A stretch of DNA of 64,000 nucleotides, from positions 112,592,001 to 112,656,000 of the forward strand of contig NC_083277.1 of assembly GCF_963506605.1 (NCBI RefSeq), read 5' to 3'. This stretch comes from Zootoca vivipara (lineage: Eukaryota). Numbering within the stretch: the stretch's first letter is position 1; each line of letters starts with the position of its first letter. Below, piece after piece: positions 37,558 to 47,688 of this stretch. The notes under the pieces are model-generated. The model was not told the origin of the DNA. It did not search any database and worked only from the letters and a program-made list of their open reading frames with translations. Made by a program: the position numbers and the translations under genes.

Positions 37558-37682
37558 GTTACAGGTAGGTAGCCGTGTTGGTCTGGGTCGAAGTAAAATA
37601 AAAAAATTCCTTCAGTAGCACCTTAAAGACCAACTAAGTTTTTATTTTGGTATGAGCTTTCGTGTGCATGCACACTTCTTCA
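37558..37682 (-). mobile_element. Penelope-like element terminal fragment
   Basis: Characteristic GTAGCCGTGTTGGTCTG...GTAGCACCTTAAAGACCAAC...AGCTTTCGTG...CACTTCTTCA; flanked by (TG)n on both sides. Confidence 0.75.
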
Positions 37683-37685
37683 TGT

Positions 37686-37757
<72 letters not shown>
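37683..37757. repeat. (TG)n(AG)n compound microsatellite
   Basis: Read directly from the sequence. Confidence 0.95.
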
Positions 37758-37759
<2 letters not shown>

Positions 37760-38976
37760 AAGCTTGCTGGCTTGCCCCTGCAATTGAGGGGGCCAGCGCC
37801 ATGCACCGTGCCAGCATCACTTGCGCATGCTGCATTGCCATGCTGATCTGTCATGTGCACACTGTGTGACTTCTGCAAGTGGCACGAACACATCACACAG
37901 TGCGTGTACAGTCACTGCAAAATATTGAGGGGCCCCGGGCCACTCCTTGAAAATTTTGGGGGCCCTTGTCCCCCTGGCCCCCCCTAGATGGTGTACCTGA
38001 TGAGGAGCCTATAGCCACTAGATGTTGTTGGACTCCAACTCGCATCAGCCCAGTCAGCATGGCCAAATGATTAAGGCGATGATGGGAACTGTAGTCCAGC
38101 AACACCCAGAGGGACACAGTTTAACACCACCTCTCTCTAGAACACAAGTCTGGGAGTATGAATTGCCTGCCCAGGTCAACCCTTCCCAGAGTCTGTGGTA
38201 TTTTGCAGTGAGGCCAAGATGCCCTATGGTGGCAGCCATGGAGAGGAAAATGAGGACATTCCAGGATCAAATCAGAAGCTGGGATGGCTTCCATAATTCT
38301 GGAACTCTTCCTGGAAAATCAGGACAGTTGGAGGGTATGAAGCAATCTGTTCTCCTTTGATCTGATCACCCTCCTTAGAAATCTTTGAAAAAGCACGAAT
38401 ACATCTTCTTCAGTTCCCACAGGTCCCTGCTTCCAGGAAGTAAGTTGCAATGATTTTAATGGATCTTACTTCTGAAGTTGTTTGAATTTCACGCAAGAAC
38501 TCCTTAGGCGTTGCTGTTCCAAAGTCAGCTGGAAGCTGAATCATAGCTGCAGTTTCACACAACACAATATAAGTGTGCTCAGAATTACATCCTTAGTGCA
38601 CATTAAGCATTGTGTACATGTAACAAAATGCTGCCTTTCTTTGCCCACAAGGAAAAACTTTTATAATTATTCCCACAGAGGTGTACATAGATGAAAATGT
38701 CACACTGGAGTTAGTCGTTCATGTATGTCTTGTTTTTTCCAAGTCCTGTTTGTGATTTCCCCCTGAAATATCTGCCATGTCTGTCTGTTGAAGTAAAACA
38801 GAGCTCTGTAGCACCTTCCACTCCATCAGATGCATTTTTCTTGAAATATACACACCAGTGGACAGTCCTAATGCAATGTTTCCCAAAAGCACTCCCATAT
38901 GTCATGTGAGAAACAGATGCACTGCTGTTATAACCAATTCTTCATCAAGGTGTTCTGCCTCTTAAAAGAAAGAGTA

Positions 38977-39305
38977 AAAGGTAAAGGTAAAGGGACCCCT
39001 GACCATGAGGTCCAGTTGTGACCGACTCTGGGGTTGCAGCGCTCATCTCGCGTTATTGGCCGAGGGAGCCGGCGTACAGCTTCCAGATCATGTGGCCAGC
39101 ATGACAAAGCCGCTTCTGGTGAACCAGAGCAGCGCACGGAAATGCCGTTTACCTTCCCAACGGAGCGGCACCTATTTATCTACTTGCATTTTGACGTGCA
39201 GGAGCTGGCACCGAGCTTACCCCGTCGCGGGGATTCGAACCGGCGACCTTCTGATCGGCAAGCCCTAGGCTCTGTGGTTTAACCCACAGCGCCACCCGCG
39301 TCCCC
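38977..39305 (-). mobile_element. Sauria SINE with small internal deletions
   Basis: Flanks AAAAGAAAGAGTA (38964-38976) and AAAAGAAAAAGTA (39306-39318). Confidence 0.9.
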
Positions 39306-39494
39306 AAAAGAAAAAGTAGGTGTAGGTTATTTAGGGTGACATGAGCTACCTCATCAAAGAGCTGGAAGGGACCCTGAGGATCATCTAGTTCAACCCCCTA
39401 CAATGCAGTGCAGGAATACGCAGCTGTCCCACATGGGGATCAAACCTGCAACCTCGGTGTTATCAGTACCATGCTCTAAGTCTAACCAACTGAG

Positions 39495-39587
39495 CATAGC
39501 TGTCAAGTTCTCCCTTTTTAAAAAAAGGGAAATTCCCTTATGCTGAATAGGCTTCCTTACGAGAAAAGGGAAAACTTGACAGCTATG
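39495..39587. mobile_element. hAT mini-MITE nested in the head of a tRNA-derived SINE
   Basis: TIRs CATAGCTGTCAAG ... CTTGACAGCTATG; flanks CAACTGAG and CAACCGAG. Confidence 0.9.
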
Positions 39588-39659
39588 CAACCGAGGTATC
39601 CATTTAGGCACACCCTTCCTCAAAGTACCAGGGATGCTGATTCCTGGAGTCATCTAGAG

Positions 39660-39795
39660 CAGTGTTTCCCAACCTTAGGTCGCCAACTGTTTTTGGACTA
39701 CAACTCCCATCATCCCTAGTTAGCAAGACAAGTGGTCAGGGATGATGGGAATTGTAGTCCGAAAACAGCTGGAGACCCAAGGTTGGGAAACACTG
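39660..39795. mobile_element. 136-bp palindromic hAT MITE
   Basis: TIRs CAGTGTTTCCCAACCTT ... AAGGTTGGGAAACACTG; TSD ATCTAGAG (39652-39659, 39796-39803). Confidence 0.92.
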
Positions 39796-41049
39796 ATCTA
39801 GAGGAGGGATGGGGAACCTGTGGCCCTGCAGATGTGCTCCCATCATCCCTCACCACTGACCATGCTGGCCGGGGCTGATGGGAATTGGAGTCCCAACGGC
39901 ACGTGGAGGGCCACAGGTCTCCTGCCCCCTGATCTAGGGGGCCACAGGTTTCCCTGGTTGTATTTTAACATCTGGCATGTGACTGCAAGAGCTTGGGAGG
40001 AACTCCTGCCTCCCACCCACCCACCGGCTACCTCTTCCTATCTGTCTCCGATAATCGCTTGATGTCCTTTCAAAACCAATTACTAGATTAATTGACTCGG
40101 GGAAAAGATGCGGCTGAGGGCTGGAGCTGCCCAGATTTATTTTCTAATAGGCCGCAGCGGACATGGCCCGTGCCAGGGGAGATTTACCACCCCCCTAATT
40201 CAGCGACAGTTCAAATCTGTGATTAATAAGGTTTTTCTACCAGGCTCATAATTTACCTCCACTATTTTTTCTTTTAATCAGCGGAACCAGCAACCGGCCC
40301 CTCATCATCCTCAATTACAAAAATATTAAAGCTGCAGGTGGGGTTGCCTGGTTGCTGCCCAGCTGGGGAATGTTTCCTTTAAATCACAGCCAAATTAGCA
40401 TAACAATAAGTGGTATTTGCATCTGAACGGCAGCAGCTGAAAGTTGTTTGGAGATTGCAATGCATCAAAGCCCTGGTTTGGGGCTTACAGTATTCGTATG
40501 GCTGCCTCCAGGGGCAGCAAGCCTCGATAGATGGATCCCCTAAGATCATCTTGCTTCTCTGAAGGAAGATCTGACCTTTGCTCTCCTTCAACCTGGGAAC
40601 CTGGACTCTCTGCAATAACACTCACCAGCTGTGATATCACTACAGCTTCTGAGCTGTGCGTTAGGGAGCATTTGACATCTCAACCTGAAAGGTCAGGCCC
40701 ACCTTCCAGAATGAAATTAGAAGAAAACATAATCTCCGGATCCCCTCTTTTTGCCTGCCAGATTGGAAGTGATGGGTAGGTCTTCTGTGTGCCACTTTTG
40801 GTCAGGTGAGTTCAGTCCTCAAGCAAAATTACTCAGAGTTACAGCTGCTCCCATCAACCTCAGCCAGCATGGTCAATCATAAGGGATGATGCGAGTCAGG
40901 AGTCCAGGAACATCTGGAGGGCATCAGGATGGGGAAGACTGGTCTATAATGACTGGCAGCCCCTCTCTAGTCTTCCCCAACTTTGGAGATCCCAGGGATC
41001 AAAGCTGGAACTTTCTGCTTGCAGAGGAGATCATCTACCACTGCATGAA

Positions 41050-41485
41050 TACTTTATTATGGTCGAAGACCAGCTCTTTTTAAAAATTCCTTTGGAAGAA
41101 CAATTCCAAAGAACATATCATACATGTGACGCATTATACAACAATAAAATTGATATTTATAAAAGTAATGGGGATAAGAATGCCTAAAGCTTAAAACTTA
41201 AAAAGCTGCCGCAGAAAACTGAGCCTGGGTCGCTCGGAGAGCCGATCTTTGGGACATTCAGATGGGCTGGTTCTTCTCAGGAGGGAGTCTATGTCTGCAT
41301 ATCTGCACACAGAATCTGGCGACTGTCCTGGTTGTCTTCTCGTCTTTACCTAACAGGAGCAGGTTGTATATTTGCTTTACAGGGAGGCCTACTGACCTTG
41401 CCAGGATGGGGTCCAAGATCTCCCTGCGTGCCTCTTCATAGAAGGGGCATCTAAAGAAAAGGTGCTGGGAGTCTGCTGAAAGTGT
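41050..41485 (-). mobile_element. LINE 3' end with ORF2 C-terminal zinc-knuckle remnant (clade uncertain, possibly RTE-X)
   Basis: Encodes DSQHLFFRCPFYEEARREIL (H-x4-CP-x-Y pattern), followed by a 3' UTR with AATAAA near 41053-41058. Confidence 0.6.
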
Positions 41486-41665
41486 GACTTGGTTCAAAGA
41501 TTGCAGCGTATTTATTCATTTACTGAGAGATTTCTATTCTGCCTTGCACAGATTACAAAAAGAGGCTAATATAGAACATAATAAGCAAGAACATTAAATA
41601 TTCTCATAAATTAAGTAACTAATAACATCATAAAAATGACTCAAAGCATCAGCCTCTAAAAACCA

Positions 41666-41720
41666 GAAGAAGAAGAAGAAGAAGAAGAAGAAGAAGAAGA
41701 AGAAGAAGAAGAAGAAGAAG
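41666..41720. repeat. (AAG)n microsatellite
   Basis: Read directly from the sequence. Confidence 0.95.
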
Positions 41721-43539
41721 ACATGACTTTATATTCACAAGAATATAAAGCTGGGGAGAGATACACTTCAGTGTATCAGCTCCACAGATGTGGTGCCACC
41801 ACACAAAAGGCTCTTCCTCAGACTTCTACTCTATGCACCTCATTTAATTCAGGTCCCACTAGGAGACCCTATTCTGCAATTATTTCAGTATGTTATTTTG
41901 GGCCCAGATTTCATTCCTGGGTTTCAAGCCCACATGGAATCCAATGGGAATTACTTCTGAGTAGGCATGTATAGACATGCACTGTAAATCTCCCTTAGCA
42001 TTTAGCTGCTTGGCTCTCGACTGTCCAGGTTGCAATATGACACCAGAGCAGAAAAATCTGCTTCTTGGACCTTCTGATTATTTGGTGAGGTCCTGCATTT
42101 GGGGAGTTGGTAGTACATAAGGCAGAAACTTTTTCAGACCCCCTTGGATGAAACCCTGCCAGATTTATGAAACCATTTGTCTTCTGGTGACTACTAGTGA
42201 AAACATTTCTGTTTATCAAAACCTTGGGGGGGGGGAGAAACACCCAGCCCCAAAATTCATTCTGCCTGCTGCTGCTTTCTCAGTACATTTTATTCCTTTG
42301 TCTTTTGTGGGTTTAATGGTTTTATGCTTTTTATGGTTATTTTACCTCCTTTGTATGGCGGCCTTGAGCAATTTCAGTGGGAAAGGCAGGAGATAAATGC
42401 TGTAAATAAATAGATGTACAATAAAACAAGGAAATGAATAAATAGACATGAGTTTCTCGCTGACTCTGGTGTATGGGCTGGATTTGTCTGCTGCTCCTTA
42501 CTTCTATTCACCCAAAGCCTTTTTATTCTCTCCCTTTTGCATAGAATAGATCACTGTGTAGGCCTGGGGGCCTAGTCTGACTTTCTAGGCTTTTCATAGA
42601 ATAATAGAATTGTAGAGTTGGAAGGGTCCACAAGGGTCATCTAGTCCACCCCCTCGCATTGCAGAAATCCACATTTTGCCCAATGTGGGGCTTGAACCCA
42701 TAACCCTGAGATTAAACTTCATGCTCTACCGACTGAGCTATCCCAAATGATGAGTCCCCTTCACTGGTCCCATTTGGCGCCTTCCTGTTGCCTGGCTCTA
42801 AGCAGGGGCGGAGGAAGGGGGGGTGAGGTGGGTGCGGTCCGCCCCGGGTGTCACCACTGAGGGGGGTGACAAAATGTTGGGTGGCACTCACTGCGGGGCC
42901 TGGGAGTGTCACAGTGGCTTGGGTGCCTGCAGGCTCTGTGCTGCCTCAAATGGTCCGCTGTAGGGTGTAGGGTGGGAGGAGGCAGGCAGACTCATCAGAG
43001 GCCCTGTCCCAGCTGACCCCGCCCCTGGGTGCACATGCACCGCCCCACCGGCGGTGGCTTCAAGGTGTCCTAGAACTGGGATCATGCCTCTTCCTTGCCT
43101 GGATGAAGGATGTGCATAGAAACCTCTGGCTATCGCATGGCTGGAATAATGTACCCTACTGTGCAAAGGTCAATGTCACATTTCATTGCTCCACCTACTT
43201 CTCACCTCTGGCCCCACCCACCACTGACATGAGCCCCACCCCCTGCCCACCGCTAGAAGGTTACCTTGCAGACATTGGGCTGTAAAAAGTTCCCCACTCC
43301 CGGAATAGATCATTCAGCAGCTCCTATGGCTTGGGGGCATCCTTTCCCAAACTGGTGTCCTCAAGGTGCTTTGAACCACAGCTCCCAAACGCCCTGCTCT
43401 GGTGAGATGTGCTGTATTTCTCTGCTGTATGTCTAAATTTGCATCCATGCATATGAATTAGCATATGCAAATGCATCCTATTGGTGGGAGGATGGATTTC
43501 CTTTTTCTTGGCAACATGTTAAACGACCACCCTAGGGAC

Positions 43540-43629
43540 CATAGCTGCCAAGTTATCCCTTTTTTTAAGGGATTTTCCCTCATGCTGAATAGGCTTCCTC
43601 GCGAGAAAAGGGAAAACTTGGCAGCTATG
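43540..43629. mobile_element. 90-bp hAT mini-MITE
   Basis: TSD CTAGGGAC (43532-43539, 43630-43637); reverse orientation of the 30599 copy. Confidence 0.92.
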
Positions 43630-43710
43630 CTAGGGACTCTGCAGTAGGGAGGGAGGGATCTGTCCATTTCAGTTCTCTCAGTTTCTTATTTTATCCAATC
43701 TTACATTCAA

Positions 43711-43826
43711 GACCCAGGTGGCGCTGTGGGTTAAACCACTGAGCCTAGGGCTTGCTGATCAGAAGGTTGGCGGTTCGAATCCCTGTGACGGGGTGAGCTC
43801 CCGTTGCTTGGTCCCAGCTCTTGCCA
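43711..43826 (+). mobile_element. Sauria SINE 5' fragment
   Basis: GGTGGCGCTGTGGGTTAAACC...GGTTCGAATCCC head matching the other copies. Confidence 0.8.
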
Positions 43827-44525
43827 GTACCAGCATAAATACTCCAGAAACTCCTACCGCTTCCTACTGATACAGGTTGGTGCTGTCAGATCAACCCACC
43901 ATGTTTTGCAGAAGTGGAAGAAATTATGCAAAGCTATGTAAACTACATAAATCTGTGTACTATATAAAGGTATATTTAGCCACCTTGGCACACAACTGTG
44001 TAAGTTTGTTAAATTATTGAAAGCGCAGAGTGTGCCCAGTCCTCATCGTTAAGTCTGATGTGCTCCTTCTTCCCATGAAAACTGATCCTGAAATGCTCCT
44101 TCCCACGTTTTTATTATTTTGGGGACCCATCAGCAGGAGGGACTCAAGCTAGGAAGAGCTCAGCGCTGCCGTTCTACCCGTGGGGAAACGGGATGCAAGA
44201 GTTCAGCAAGGCTCCCACACAGCTGGCGGATTAGAGTGTCCGTCGAGGGAGAAAAAGCTCAGTACGGCTCCGTTCACTGCCTCCCCATTCAGCCCTTCAT
44301 CGAAGAGCAGAGTTGGCATTTATAGACCAATAAAAATCCACTGGAATCTGGCCAGCTCCACTCACCCAGAAACATCGTCAGGAGAAATGGCTGGGAGCCA
44401 AACCCTGGACGGCCAGCATTCGTCCCTACTGAAGCTGAGATGGACAACAGTCCTTCGCCACTCTGCTGCCTTCTTGCACATTAAAAACAAAAACACACAA
44501 ACAACAAATGCTTATTATTTGTAAA

Positions 44526-44700
44526 ACTGCCTTTATGCCATCAGCATGTGGGTGTGGCCATACTGCCTCAGCTGCCTTTATGACATCAGCATTTGAGGGG
44601 GGGGTGATACCTCCCCAACTGTGTTTATGACATCAGCTTGTGGGTGTGGCCATGCCCTCCTAGTTACCTTTATGATATCAGCACGTGGGCATGGCTACAT
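44526..44700. repeat. Degenerate tandem repeat, four units of 45-47 bp
   Basis: TTTATG(A/C)(C/T)ATCAGC recurs at 44532, 44577, 44624 and 44669. Confidence 0.8.
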
Positions 44701-46163
44701 ATTCAAGCCAGGAGTACCTAGCAGTAGAGTTGCTGCAGGTACAAGACTCAGACTTGCTATTTCAGTCGTGTGGAAGAGGCAGACCAGCTTCATGGTGATC
44801 AGGGTGGCCCAAGATACTTTGACACCTGAGGCAAACCACAAAATGTACCAACACCTCCTCCAAGGAAGAAGTAGTGAGTGGAGATCTACATTAGGTAGAA
44901 GGGTGGGAGGAGATCACCAGTGCCCTCTATTTGACAAGAGGTCTCTGTAGAGGCTGTATTGGGGGGGGGCTGCTGAGAATGCAACAAATTCAGCATCCAA
45001 GGAGTGCGCCACAGCTGTAGCAAGCGATGCATTCATTCATCTGCTGCCCCTGTGGATCCTGCTGCCAAGAGACAGTCACTTCACCTAGTTGTCTCATGGG
45101 TGGGCCGGCCATGTACATGACAGTAGGTTCATGCCCCCATTCAGAAAGGGGCAAATGGCTATGCATGCTTGTGAGAGGTCTTGCTCTCCCAGCTTCCTCC
45201 TGAAGGTTCAGGACTTTCAAGGGAGAGCTATGGAGAACCTGGATCTTCTCAAGGTTGGGCTTTTCCCAGAGGGATGATTGGGTTCAAGACAAAACTACAG
45301 ATTGGGGAGGTAAGACGAGATCAGTTCTGGAAGGGAGCTTAGGTAGATAGAGAGAGATAGAAGCAGGTTGGGCTGGGGGCTTTGTGGCACCAGAGTGCGC
45401 CTGGATCAGGAAGTAAGCAAAGAACTGATTCTTGGAGGTCCATGGTTTCCAAGAAACAAGCAAAGGTTCAGGTAGCTACTAGTTGAAAATATATGGCTTG
45501 AGTCAGCTTGAGTCTGTGGCTGTCAGCCTTGACGCAGGTTTCCTTTCCCAGCCACGCCAACTGGCTCCAATTTTTAACTTCATCCCCAGTGACAATATTT
45601 ATATGCAGGGCCAATTGACTGCCATGAACTGATGCCGTAATCCCGGTAATTATAACTGTATTATTATTAATATTATAGCGGATAAAATGGGATGAGACCA
45701 ATGCCGGAATGAATCATGCTTCCCCGATGCACAAATGAAATTCAAGAGATTTCTTTCCAGGAATAAATCTTCAGATCCAATTGAATACAAATGAAGAGCG
45801 CTTGTGTAGGCTTAACGCTGGTTCCCACTGGCGCGTCACATCCCAATGAACTCAGAGCTTGGTGAGTTTCGTAAAACCCAAATTGGCAATCCAGGTTTGT
45901 TTTACAATTAAATTGAAACGGGTTGGTTTCAAAGGGTGCTCCATGACGCAGACTTTCGATGGGTTAAGGAAGGTGCAGTTAACATTTGCTATGCAGTGCC
46001 GACTAAATGTGATCCACCTGGAGAAGGAACTGGCAAGCCACTCCAGTATTTTGCCAAGAAAACTCCATGGACATAAAAAATTAGAAGCTTTGAGAAGAAA
46101 GTAAGAGTTTCCAAGGCATGCTCTGGTTCATGGGGTCACGGAGAGTCAAACACGACAGACGGC

Positions 46164-46194
<31 letters not shown>

Positions 46195-46791
46195 GAACGG
46201 AGTGTTGGTCTTATGCCCCTATAATGGTCTTATGCCCCTCCCCTCTTTATATGCTAATATGTGTACTCTCTCTCTCTCTTTGGGGGCCCTTCTGTTCATT
46301 CCATTGAACAGGGTCCTATATTTTTGCCCCCCTCCCCAATCCTGCCCTGATAGCTCTTCTGTTGCCAAAGGCCATTGTGGGTTGCATAGCCTGATTGCAG
46401 GTGTGTGCGTGCACACACACAACACACTCCTATATGAATAGTTCCGCCTTGCTGCAAGACATACAATTCGTCCATTATCTAAGCCTTTTCTATTGCTGTT
46501 TCCTCTTCCCTCCCTGTCCCTTTCCCCTTTTATGCCATGTCTTTTTAAATTGTAAGCCCGAGGGCAGGGATTGTATTCTTTTTGACTGTACTGTATGTAA
46601 AATTATCTCTAAGCCTTTTTGGCTGAGGAGTGAGGTACAAATGCTAATAACGATAATCATTATCATTGGCATCTGAGGTGAACCACACAATGACATCCCT
46701 CTCTCCCCACTGGGGAAGAAAGGCTGAGTAAAGATCCACAGTACTCTATATCAGAAGAAGGGGGTAATAAAGACCTACATTGGATCTACTG

Positions 46792-47688
46792 TAAGGTTAC
46801 CAGATGTTTTTTTCAAAGAATCCAGGGACACTTTTTTTTTAAAAAAAAGAGAGCGAAAAAAGTTATTTTAAAAAAAGTTACTGTATTTAAGAAAAGTAGA
46901 AGTAATACGGTATCTTCTCTTCTGTGGTCTTCTCTGTTGCGTGGGCTTCCTCTGGGCCCTAGCCTGCTCTCTTGAAGTGCTAGCCGCCGTGGAGTAGGCT
47001 CGGTTCAGGCCCATAGCTGCCAAGTTTTCCCTTTTCTCGCGAGGAAGCCTATTCAGCATAATGGAATTTCCCTTTTAAAAAGGGAGAACTTGGCAGCTAT
47101 GGTCAGGTCTGGGCTCGGACACATATCCTTGCCCTTCCGGTGCTCTCCAACCTCTCCTCCTCAGCAGTGGCGGCGCAGCAAGGTCGGGGCTCCCCTCCTT
47201 TTTCTCCTTCCTCTTTTTCTTCCTTCTTCTTTTCCTCTCCTCCTTCTCCCTGCGTCGGCTCTGGGGTTCTCTTGGCCCCGGAGCGCCGCTGGGCAGTTGG
47301 CTGGGTGGCTTGGGCACCCTCACTCTCGGCTCAATTCGGGTCATGGGGGGGTCAGAGGTTACGCGCCGGGCATCCCCGGTTCCCCCTTGGCAGCGGCAGT
47401 CTCAGCAGCCCAGAGCCAGCCTGGTAGTGCAGTTGGCTCTGGCTGGCTTCAGGAGCTGCTCACTGCCATGGCGCCCACCATTTTGCCTCGCCGGAAGTCC
47501 CCATATGATGTGTCTTGTGCCGTTGAACCAATCATGCAGCATTCATTCCCTACTAACAAATCTACAGTACTTAAAATATAAATCTGGGTACATGAAATCC
47601 AGGGACATTCTGGGGACGGATTTTGTCCGGGGACAGATTTGTAAATCTGGGGACTGTCCCCGGGAAACGGGGACATCTGGTAACCATA
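46792..47688. mobile_element. 897-bp non-autonomous hAT-like element with GC-rich cargo
   Basis: TIRs TAAGGTTACCAGATGT ... ACATCTGGTAACCATA; GGGACA subterminal repeats; flanks ATCTACTG and ATCCACCG (two C/T differences); splits an older MITE. Confidence 0.8.
47012..47101. mobile_element. 90-bp hAT mini-MITE nested in 46792-47688
   Basis: CATAGCTGCCAAG TIRs; imperfect flanks TTCAGGCC and GTCAGGTC. Confidence 0.9.

Noticed and set aside
47075-47344. Lys/Arg-rich ORF as a real nuclear protein
   Set aside because: It lies inside a transposon, ends in a nested MITE, and still stops a few codons later once that MITE is removed. Kept only as possible captured DNA.
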